Source: a virus (Duplodnaviria; Caudoviricetes). From it: 64,000 nucleotides of DNA. Where the stretch lies: IMG/VR virus record IMGVR_UViG_3300032167_000048; one strand, written 5' to 3'. Below, one piece after another: positions 56,418 to 64,000 of the stretch. Within the stretch, counting starts at the first letter, position 1. The number at the start of each line of letters is the position of its first letter. The position numbers and the translations under genes are program-made. Under the pieces are notes generated by a model. That model did not search any database. It was not told where the DNA came from and saw only the letters and a program-made list of their open reading frames with translations.

Positions 56418-56705
56418 TTAACATACTTTTTCTCTTACTGCGCTTGATTTGTTAGTTTTCATGTTTTCAACCATTGATTTCCATGCTTTTAAATAATTTG
56501 TGTAATTTTTACCATTGTCAAAATGTCTCTTCTTTTTCTTTTCGACTTTTTCTTTTTTAGCAACAACTACATTTCCATCATCATCAAGTACATCTTCTCC
56601 ATAATGGAATTTCTCCCATTCGTGTTTAAAAGATTTCTTGTTGTGATTCTTTTTGTAACACTGATTTCTAATTACTTCTCTTTCAAGTTTTCTTAGTGTA
56701 CTCAT
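56418..56705 (-). CDS. Basic hypothetical protein
   Basis: gaaagga RBS before MSTLRK. Confidence 0.6.
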   Translation of the reverse strand: MSTLRKLEREVIRNQCYKKNHNKKSFKHEWEKFHYGEDVLDDDGNVVVAKKEKVEKKKKRHFDNGKNYTNYLKAWKSMVENMKTNKSSAVREKVC

Positions 56706-56762
56706 TTTCTTGTTTCCTTTCTTTTCATTTATTATAACCTTATCTCTTAAGATTACAAAATC

Positions 56763-56791
56763 ATTATACAACTTTTTCCAGTTTTATGCAA
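56763..56791 (-). promoter_or_regulatory. sigmaA promoter of the replication operon
   Basis: TTGCAT-17-TATAAT. Confidence 0.7.
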
Positions 56792-56828
56792 GTACTTTTT
56801 TTGAAAAAATTATTTTTTTATAACTTTT

Positions 56829-57254
56829 TTAATTAAGATAAAAATCTACTACATATTCAACAGCTTCACGAATGTCCGAGCACATTCTACAAACAAATTC
56901 ATTAAGCCAAGGATGCAGCTCTTTTTCATTATTAATACCAATTACTGGAATTCTATTTTCATAAGCAATAGCTAGCTCTGCACAAGTACCAATACTTTTT
57001 GGGTCATTAAAATTCACAATCACCAAATCAGAATTTCTCAATTTATTTAATTCAAATTCCATTACTTCACGTTCTGTTTTATGATGCTTTTCTTCATAAT
57101 TATAATATTCTACTGGATTGAAAAACATAGGTTTTTTATCATAATCATAGTCACCATATTTAATTGCATTAATAACTTTGCTTCTCCATTTTAACTGCTC
57201 TTTAAAGCTTACAGATGACATTCCACCACTAAGATATATGCTAACTGTTTCCAC
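56829..57254 (-). CDS. Nucleoside 2-deoxyribosyltransferase-like protein
   Basis: IYLSGGM, WR, FNP, SD.VIV, SIGT..EL..A. Confidence 0.8.
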   Translation of the reverse strand: METVSIYLSGGMSSVSFKEQLKWRSKVINAIKYGDYDYDKKPMFFNPVEYYNYEEKHHKTEREVMEFELNKLRNSDLVIVNFNDPKSIGTCAELAIAYENRIPVIGINNEKELHPWLNEFVCRMCSDIREAVEYVVDFYLN

Positions 57255-57267
57255 TTAATCACCATCC

Positions 57268-58062
57268 TTAATTATAATATTCATATAATTTAACTACGTT
57301 TTCCATTAAGCAAGCCACTGTTAACAATCCAACTCCTCCAACATTTTTAGTAATATAAGAAGCTTTGCGTTTAACATTATCAAAATCGATATCGCCAACA
57401 AGTTTTCCATCATCATTTTTTGTCAACCCTACATTAATTACTACAGCACCGTCTTTCACATGGTCAACCGTAATTAAATTTTCTTTTCCAACACAAGAAA
57501 CAATAACGTCACACTTATTTGTTATGTCTGCTAAGTTTTGTGTTTTACTGTGACAAATAGTAACAGTTGCATTTTTATCAAGCATCATATCAACTAACGG
57601 CTTTGCACAAGTTTTTCCTCTGCCTACAATACATACATGTTTCCCAGTTAAATCATATTTGATTTCTTCAAAGATTCTCATTACACCATTTGCGGTTGCT
57701 GGTTTAACGAATGAGTCTACTGCAAAACCATCGCAATCTAACCACTTATTATTCATAATATCATTAGCAATATATTCTTTAACACTGCTTAATTTATCAC
57801 AAATAGGTAATTGAACGATTGTAGGTATATTTGATTCAGCAATATCAAGTAATCTATCTACTTCCGTATTTTCATCTAATACAATTTCATTAAATTTAAT
57901 ACCACAATATTCAGATGCAATTTTTTTATTTCTAACATATGCCCTACTTGGTTCATCATAAGGATTAGTTAATACATTAATCTCATAACCTTTTCCATCG
58001 GCAACAGCTTTTACATCATCTTTAATCTTTTGTGCAATTTCTCTACAATCTATAACATTCAT
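57268..58062 (-). CDS. folD: Methylene-THF dehydrogenase/cyclohydrolase
   Basis: YVRNK, VQLP, D.DGF, ATVTICHSKT, LVGD, GGVG.LT. Confidence 0.9.
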   Translation of the reverse strand: MNVIDCREIAQKIKDDVKAVADGKGYEINVLTNPYDEPSRAYVRNKKIASEYCGIKFNEIVLDENTEVDRLLDIAESNIPTIVQLPICDKLSSVKEYIANDIMNNKWLDCDGFAVDSFVKPATANGVMRIFEEIKYDLTGKHVCIVGRGKTCAKPLVDMMLDKNATVTICHSKTQNLADITNKCDVIVSCVGKENLITVDHVKDGAVVINVGLTKNDDGKLVGDIDFDNVKRKASYITKNVGGVGLLTVACLMENVVKLYEYYN

Positions 58063-58073
58063 TTTATCACCAC

Positions 58074-58439
58074 CTAACGCTCATCAAATACATTCCCAAC
58101 TACTTTAATATATTCTTTTACTTCAGAACCAAGCGTATAAAATTCATCGCTATCAACACATAAAATTACATAACTAGATAATTCATGTGCATATGCAACA
58201 AGACCAATTACTGTTTTGTCTTCAGAAACTTTAGCCTCAATATAATCTCCCTCATAAACCAAGGTATTGCTTTTATCGTATAAATCAATGCTGTTATGGT
58301 ATACATATTCACCCTCTAATAATTCTAATTTTGCACCACTAAAAATAGAAGTTTTTAAAATATATAAATCACAATTTGAAGACATATAAACATTGTCTGT
58401 AATCCACTTTTTATTTTTTACATCATATACTCTATACAT
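58074..58439 (-). CDS. YopX-family protein
   Basis: YRVYD...L.DK....YEGD...VVGNVF. Confidence 0.75.
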   Translation of the reverse strand: MYRVYDVKNKKWITDNVYMSSNCDLYILKTSIFSGAKLELLEGEYVYHNSIDLYDKSNTLVYEGDYIEAKVSEDKTVIGLVAYAHELSSYVILCVDSDEFYTLGSEVKEYIKVVGNVFDER

Positions 58440-59591
58440 TTAATCACCACACATTTCAATTAATTTAATCGCCTTATCTATTTCATTTATAACATTATCT
58501 ATATCATCATATGTAATATCATCTGGAAGACTAATTCTTACTGTTCTTATTGCTTCGCTATCTGTTAGTCCAATTTCTTTTAATACATGACTTGGATTTA
58601 TTGATTTGGAATTACATGCACTTCCAACAGAACAGTATATTTCAGATGTTTCCAATGTATATACAAGAGCTTCTCCAGTTATCTTCTGTGGGAATGTAAC
58701 ATTAATATTATTAGGAAGTCTATAATATGGATGACCATTCAATTTACATCCAAATCTTTTTTCAAGCATGTTGATAAAATAAAATCTTTTATCTATTAAT
58801 GTTTCAATAGCTTCCATATTAACGTTGCAATAATCTATAGCCTTGCTAAGTCCAATAATACCATATGTATTCTCTGTGCCACCACGAAGTCCACTTTCTT
58901 GAGCTCCATAAATAAGCGGATTAATGCTAATACCATTTTTCTTATATAAGAAGCCAACACCTCTTAATACTGGAGAAATTTTATGACCACTGCAACTCAT
59001 CATATCAATACCCATTTTTTCTACATCAATAGAAATATGTCCAAATGCTTGAGTTGCATCAACGTGTAGTACTCCACCATGTTTATGTACAATATCTGAA
59101 ATTATTGGTATATGCTGAACAGTCCCAATCTCATTATTAGCCATACACACGCTAACCAACACTGGCTCATTATAACATTCTGCTAATAACTTTTCTAATT
59201 TATTTAAATCTACCAATCCATATTCATCCACATCGCAATATCTTACAACAGCACCAAGGCTTTCGTTTCTAACTGCACTTATAATAGACTTGTGTTCAAT
59301 TCTTGTAGTAATTACATATGGATTATCATATAAATTATCCCACATTTTATCTGAAAATCCTCTAATTGCCCAATTATTACTTTCAGAAGCTCCACTTGTA
59401 AAATAAATTTCATTTGGTTTTGCTCTAATAAAATTAGCAATGTTATCTCTGCATTTATCAATTTCTTTTTTAACATCAAAAGCATATAGACTGGATGGGT
59501 TCATCCAATGTTCTTTCATGGCATATACCATCTCATTGATAATTATATCGTCAACTTCATTTTTAGCTGTTGCTGCTACATCTAAATACAT
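58440..59591 (-). CDS. iscS: Cysteine desulfurase (IscS/NifS type)
   Basis: YLD.AAT, NPSS, FTSGASE, NNEIGT, DATQ, SGHK, GTEN, GSAC. Confidence 0.92.
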   Translation of the reverse strand: MYLDVAATAKNEVDDIIINEMVYAMKEHWMNPSSLYAFDVKKEIDKCRDNIANFIRAKPNEIYFTSGASESNNWAIRGFSDKMWDNLYDNPYVITTRIEHKSIISAVRNESLGAVVRYCDVDEYGLVDLNKLEKLLAECYNEPVLVSVCMANNEIGTVQHIPIISDIVHKHGGVLHVDATQAFGHISIDVEKMGIDMMSCSGHKISPVLRGVGFLYKKNGISINPLIYGAQESGLRGGTENTYGIIGLSKAIDYCNVNMEAIETLIDKRFYFINMLEKRFGCKLNGHPYYRLPNNINVTFPQKITGEALVYTLETSEIYCSVGSACNSKSINPSHVLKEIGLTDSEAIRTVRISLPDDITYDDIDNVINEIDKAIKLIEMCGD

Positions 59592-60053
59592 TTATTCACC
59601 CCTTTGTGCATATTTCATACCAGAGCATTCCCATTTAACAATATCCATTGCTTCTATTGTTATTACATCTGGAACAATCTCTTCAAATTCATTAGGTGTT
59701 ATACCGTGAATATTATATAATTCATTTAAAACTGTGTCTTGAACCATACTCATTGCATAGTCTGTATACATTTCTGATGAATCTTTTTCTCTTGCTTTGT
59801 TTAATGTGACAAGAATTGTATACACTCTATCTTCAAGGCTTCCGCCTTTATATTGTGCAATCTTCATAAGATATGATTCATCAAGAAAGCTAATATTAAT
59901 TTTTGTTTTTTCTTCTGTTTCAATTATCAATGTAGTTGTTTTAGTTTCATTTTCTATAACTTCTACAACTTCTAATTCTTCTTGTTTATCACTGCATCCA
60001 GTCATCATCATACAAATACAAAATAGTACAGATATAAATATTTTCCTTTTCAT
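59592..60053 (-). CDS. Putative lipoprotein
   Basis: MKRK..hydrophobic..MTGC lipobox. Confidence 0.55.
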   Translation of the reverse strand: MKRKIFISVLFCICMMMTGCSDKQEELEVVEVIENETKTTTLIIETEEKTKINISFLDESYLMKIAQYKGGSLEDRVYTILVTLNKAREKDSSEMYTDYAMSMVQDTVLNELYNIHGITPNEFEEIVPDVITIEAMDIVKWECSGMKYAQRGE

Positions 60054-60057
60054 ATTA

Positions 60058-60258
60058 TTAACCATTTGCCTTTCTATAATCTTTCATTTCTTTGACAGCC
60101 TTTTTAAATAATTTTCTGTAATTATAACATTCATCTACTATCTCAATATTTTTATATGTGTGATATGGTCTAATAGTTAATTTTAATTTTAAATACGTAC
60201 TAAGCATATAAGTAAAATCATATTTTTTACACATCCTTACAAATCTTAAAAATGACAT
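60058..60258 (-). CDS. Hypothetical protein
   Basis: aaggag RBS. Confidence 0.55.
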   Translation of the reverse strand: MSFLRFVRMCKKYDFTYMLSTYLKLKLTIRPYHTYKNIEIVDECYNYRKLFKKAVKEMKDYRKANG

Positions 60259-60347
60259 TTCATTCTCCTTTCTATATAACGTTAATATTTATATATAATA
60301 AATTCTCACGCCCACCCAACCCATCTAACATTTTTATATGTAATTTA

Positions 60348-60707
60348 TCAGCCAAAAACTGTAATTTTGTAATAGATATTTTTAACATTTAATATAAGTT
60401 CAGAATAATATTCATCTGCAATTTTAACAAAACATTCAGTTATGTCCGATAATAATATATTCATAATATAAGTATTAAATATATTATTCATTCTAAACGC
60501 AAGCCTACGTCCGTCATTTAGAACAATTATGTTTTTTTCAATTACTCTAAGTAGTAATACAAAAGGAATCGAGGATTCAATAGGATTATCTGCATACATA
60601 TCTATATGTATTTCTTTTAATTTGTTATTATTTTTTAATATCTTATTTAGTTGTAGATTATCATTGTCTTTAATAAAACCAAAATTAATATTGTTTCCCA
60701 TATGCAT
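60348..60707 (-). CDS. Hypothetical protein
   Basis: gaaagga RBS; promoter TTGCAA-17-TAATAT at 60789-60817. Confidence 0.55.
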   Translation of the reverse strand: MHMGNNINFGFIKDNDNLQLNKILKNNNKLKEIHIDMYADNPIESSIPFVLLLRVIEKNIIVLNDGRRLAFRMNNIFNTYIMNILLSDITECFVKIADEYYSELILNVKNIYYKITVFG

Positions 60708-60853
60708 ATTCCTTTCTAATTATATTACAAATATCATTGTGTACCACGAAGTGCATTGTTAACACCTCGTGGTTTATTTACTGATATTATATTAGCATAA
60801 TTATTAGAAAATTGCAATACCTTTTTTAGATTTTTTTGTAAAATTTTTACATT

Positions 60854-61807
60854 TTAAAAGCTGTCTAAATGTCCTTTTACTAACTCTCTAAAGTTACTAA
60901 CTTCTATATTACTGTTACATCTCATTAATTCTTTTGATATAATTAAATGCGCCATTTTATTTCTATTATTTTGAGAAAATGCTTCATTCAAAGAGATGTT
61001 GTTTTTATTTAACTCAATTTTAATTCTGTTCATTATACCACTAGCATATAATTGTAATGGCAATAAAGAGTATTCTAAATATTCTTTTGATATTTTACGA
61101 AGCTTTGAATAGAATGTAAATTTATAGCTTTCATCTGATGCTGTAGACCTATTTTCTACTTTGAACACACTATCTGGATAAACTCCACGCATTTCTACAT
61201 TGCATACAGAAAAACGATTTGGACGTTGCCATGTATTTATATCTGCAAGCTTCTTTAAATCTCCTGCCAATCTCTCTGGTATTTTAATTTTATAACTATG
61301 ACCATTATCTTCTCTTAATGTTATAGTCCCATTATCTTCTATATCTGATTTTCTCATATTTTTGATTACGCTTAAATCATCATTATAAACACCATAATAT
61401 AAACAACTGAATAATGATGTATAATATAAAGAATTATACTCTTCATACATTTCTATATCATGTATTGTTCTTTTATATTGCTCATATGATATAAATTTCT
61501 TTTTTGCACTTGGCTTACATTTCTTCCATAAAAGATTTTTGTCAATACTTTGAACAATTTGATATGCATTATCATTATTAACTACACCTTTTTCTTGTAA
61601 ATATTTAAAGTAAGATGATAAAATATAAACTATAGTAATGATTTCTTTACTACTATTTGGGTGCATATTTAATATCAAATTTTCCATTTGTAATGAATTA
61701 TAATTCTCTATGTTGTTTTCATTGATTCTTTTGAATACATATTTAATTACTTTTTGAGTATTGTTTGATTCCATAGAATCAATAAACTCCTGCATATGCT
61801 TATTCAT
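60854..61807 (-). CDS. Degenerate tyrosine-recombinase-fold protein (SPbeta MrpR/YopR-like repressor candidate)
   Basis: SAM-like N-terminus, KKFIS, CLYYGV...KNMRKSDI, LYASG; lacks the R and HxxR catalytic motifs. Confidence 0.55.
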   Translation of the reverse strand: MNKHMQEFIDSMESNNTQKVIKYVFKRINENNIENYNSLQMENLILNMHPNSSKEIITIVYILSSYFKYLQEKGVVNNDNAYQIVQSIDKNLLWKKCKPSAKKKFISYEQYKRTIHDIEMYEEYNSLYYTSLFSCLYYGVYNDDLSVIKNMRKSDIEDNGTITLREDNGHSYKIKIPERLAGDLKKLADINTWQRPNRFSVCNVEMRGVYPDSVFKVENRSTASDESYKFTFYSKLRKISKEYLEYSLLPLQLYASGIMNRIKIELNKNNISLNEAFSQNNRNKMAHLIISKELMRCNSNIEVSNFRELVKGHLDSF

Positions 61808-61903
61808 TATGCCATCTCCTTATAAGATATATATTTATTTTATTTAATAATATCATTTTTATAAGGAGTTATCAAATTTTAACACTTAAGGATATAAATG
61901 ATT

Positions 61904-62305
61904 TTAATTTTTAATATATTCTTTTAACTTCGCAATTCGTTGTCTAATATCATTTCTATTCATTTCAATTTCTTCTTGGTCATCCCATATAAAGAACATA
62001 GACCAAGCATTTAAATCCTTTTCAATATCATTAATTAACTCTTTTGCCAATTTTTCAACTTTCATTTCTGAAAAATCATGTAAAACTGATTTTCCTTTTT
62101 CTTCTATAATATATAATGAATATGGGTTAATCACCAATGTAAATTCAGTTCCTTCTTCGTCAAACCATGCCATGCCCATTCCGTTTGCGAAATAATCAAT
62201 AAATGCATCTAATAAATCTACTGGAACATTTGTTAAATAGCTTGGACTTCCATAGAACGTTCTTAGTTTAAAATCACACCAACCAAACTTTGGATTACTA
62301 ATCAT
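61904..62305 (-). CDS. Hypothetical protein
   Basis: SYLTNVP...FDEEG. Confidence 0.65.
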   Translation of the reverse strand: MISNPKFGWCDFKLRTFYGSPSYLTNVPVDLLDAFIDYFANGMGMAWFDEEGTEFTLVINPYSLYIIEEKGKSVLHDFSEMKVEKLAKELINDIEKDLNAWSMFFIWDDQEEIEMNRNDIRQRIAKLKEYIKN

Positions 62306-62315
62306 TTCTATTCAC

Positions 62316-62519
62316 CTACCTACGCAAGTCTTCGTACATATATTTATACTCAACAAGTTTCATATAATCATCCAACGACATATAAATACAATCACTATAT
62401 TCGTCTCTTAATTCATATATAACACTCAACGCTTCGTCTAAATTTACAATTTCTCCATAGTCATCATATTCACTTATATTTTCTAATCTTGCAATAATTC
62501 TATCAAAAATTCCTCTCAT
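62316..62519 (-). CDS. Hypothetical protein
   Basis: aaggaag RBS before MRGIFD. Confidence 0.55.
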   Translation of the reverse strand: MRGIFDRIIARLENISEYDDYGEIVNLDEALSVIYELRDEYSDCIYMSLDDYMKLVEYKYMYEDLRR

Positions 62520-62790
62520 ACTGCTTCCTTTCAAATTGTTCACACACTTCATCAAATCCGTTAGCACTACAATTATAATAATTTTTCTCGCAACTCAAAC
62601 CCCAGTCTCCACCACCATGCCAATATTTACAATTAAAACATATATTTGCATTCTCAATATGTTCATAACTTTCTGCGTTGCAAGATTTCGTGTTGCATAA
62701 ATGAGTAATTTCACACATACGATTTGTATACTTTTTACCATTAAAAGTGAAACTATCTACTTTATAATATTTACAATCTTTACATTCCAT
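62503..62790 (-). CDS. Cys-rich hypothetical protein
   Basis: Two CxxCKY repeats. Confidence 0.55.
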   Translation of the reverse strand: MECKDCKYYKVDSFTFNGKKYTNRMCEITHLCNTKSCNAESYEHIENANICFNCKYWHGGGDWGLSCEKNYYNCSANGFDEVCEQFERKQYERNF

Positions 62791-62971
62791 CTAAAGTATC
62801 CTTTATTTCTTTTTCTGTTTCTCTTCTATATTTCTTTTTAAACAATCTTCTGTTTTTCTTTTTCATTTTAGACCATCCATTATGATTATTCGCCCAACAA
62901 GCACAATTCTTACTGAACCAAGATTGGCAATTCTCAGAAAATTGTCTACGAGTTATTTCTGATTTTTTCAT
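62780..62971 (-). CDS. Basic hypothetical protein
   Basis: gggagtga RBS after the motif. Confidence 0.55.
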   Translation of the reverse strand: MKKSEITRRQFSENCQSWFSKNCACWANNHNGWSKMKKKNRRLFKKKYRRETEKEIKDTLDGM

Positions 62972-63000
62972 AATTCACTCCCAATAAAATTAAGTTTTTA

Positions 63001-63234
63001 TTAGTCAACAAATGAATACTGACATTCAGTTCCAAGCACATATCTACCGTTCTCTAATGCAATAATCGTCTGAAATGGCTCTTCTCTGTCGTCTCTAACA
63101 ATAATTCCCCTATGTTTCTTGCTTGTATCATAGTGATAACAAACTTCTACAACTTTTCCAAGATGGGGATATTTATAGCTACTATCCGCTTGTTTAGGAA
63201 AATTATAATAACTAATTGTACTTACGCATCCCAT
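63001..63234 (-). CDS. Hypothetical phage protein
   Basis: MGCV...FPKQ...V.VC.HYD...GIIVRDD.EEP..TII.L.NGR....TECQY. Confidence 0.7.
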   Translation of the reverse strand: MGCVSTISYYNFPKQADSSYKYPHLGKVVEVCYHYDTSKKHRGIIVRDDREEPFQTIIALENGRYVLGTECQYSFVD

Positions 63235-63247
63235 ATATTCTTACCTC

Positions 63248-63448
63248 TTACATATATCTTTCAACAATTTTTTCTGGTATAAATTCTGTTTCTACAATAA
63301 TACGAGGAGCTCTATCTTTTTCTGTAGGATAACAAGTGATAGTTAAATCTGTATGATATTTAAAATCATTTGCAATCTTTTCTGCATTATCAATTAACGA
63401 CTGACCACAATCTTTAATATTCTGAATAATTTCTTCTCTACAATTCAT
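63248..63448 (-). CDS. Hypothetical protein
   Basis: ORF track. Confidence 0.6.
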   Translation of the reverse strand: MNCREEIIQNIKDCGQSLIDNAEKIANDFKYHTDLTITCYPTEKDRAPRIIVETEFIPEKIVERYM

Positions 63449-63460
63449 ATATATTTCCCC

Positions 63461-63703
63461 TTATTTTAGTATATCTCCTATGGTTTTATGACTATCATTA
63501 GAATAATACGCTTTAAACAAATTTTCATTCGTATGCCAATGACAGTATTTTTCTTTTTTTATAAGTTTATTAATAATAGGAATTTCTAACAAACAATTAT
63601 GCCATGCTAGACTTAATCTATTTGTAAGACAACACACAAGCTTATCATTAAAATGTCTATTTATACAATGTTTACATTCTTCAAAATAACAATCTAATTT
63701 CAT
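63461..63703 (-). CDS. Hypothetical protein
   Basis: ORF track. Confidence 0.5.
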   Translation of the reverse strand: MKLDCYFEECKHCINRHFNDKLVCCLTNRLSLAWHNCLLEIPIINKLIKKEKYCHWHTNENLFKAYYSNDSHKTIGDILK

Positions 63704-63704
63704 A

Positions 63705-63902
63705 TTACTCATCACTATAATCTTCTACTTTTACTCCAAAACACCATTTCCACATTAGTTTCTGAAACCAATTAAAATGTTGGTCTAACATTAAATTTAA
63801 TTGTGAAACCTTTCCACCAGCAATAAACTTGCTACCATTTTTAATCTTATATTTACCTACAGCAAGATTACAATTTTCATTTTCATATTCTTCTAAATAC
63901 AT
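63705..63902 (-). CDS. Hypothetical protein
   Basis: Start MYLEEY after the motif and ggggt RBS. Confidence 0.55.
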   Translation of the reverse strand: MYLEEYENENCNLAVGKYKIKNGSKFIAGGKVSQLNLMLDQHFNWFQKLMWKWCFGVKVEDYSDE

Positions 63903-64000
63903 GTTGTTACCCCATAAAATATAATTTTTATTATACACGTCTCCAAGAAATTTCTGCATTACCATAATAATTATAGAGCCATCTATATTTACCATCTTTT

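Noticed and set aside
58440-59591. DndA of a phosphorothioate system
   Set aside because: No dndBCDE or ssp genes in the window.
1-64000. Stop-codon reassignment
   Set aside because: Long conserved genes (dnaE, nrdD, ligA) are intact in the standard code, and TAG and TGA terminate genes at sensible positions.

Overview
AT-rich segment of a large temperate phage, probably infecting an anaerobic Firmicute (strong AGGAGG ribosome-binding sites, consensus sigmaA promoters, class III RNR). The organisation is SPbeta-like. 1-19.8 kb (+ strand) is an elaborate tail-fibre/receptor-binding module with shared docking motifs, beta-helix and LRR-like repeats, an esterase and a GT2 glycosyltransferase. 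20.2-21.8 kb is a large serine recombinase with a divergent 38-aa basic ORF. 21.9-64 kb (- strand) holds nucleotide metabolism (gmk, thyX, dut, nrdDG, folD, cysteine desulfurase), replication genes (ligA, RecD2-like helicase, dnaE, primase, DnaB helicase, AAA ATPase), a tRNA cluster, an MrpR-like protein and many small ORFs. Three things stand out. (1) A 218-aa coiled-coil gene is followed by a ~400-nt structured RNA that carries an array of AAAGUU-type heptamers also present in the gene's own leader, and the unit is bracketed by two tRNA-like elements with broken anticodon arms. (2) At least 21 copies of TAAAA-N6-TTTTA sit at gene junctions and delimit small ORFs like cassettes. (3) Two pairs of NrdR-box palindromes are attached to that motif with identical geometry, and neither is upstream of nrdD. 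Protein family calls come from motif recognition, not database searches. Many start codons were adjusted by eye using RBS position.
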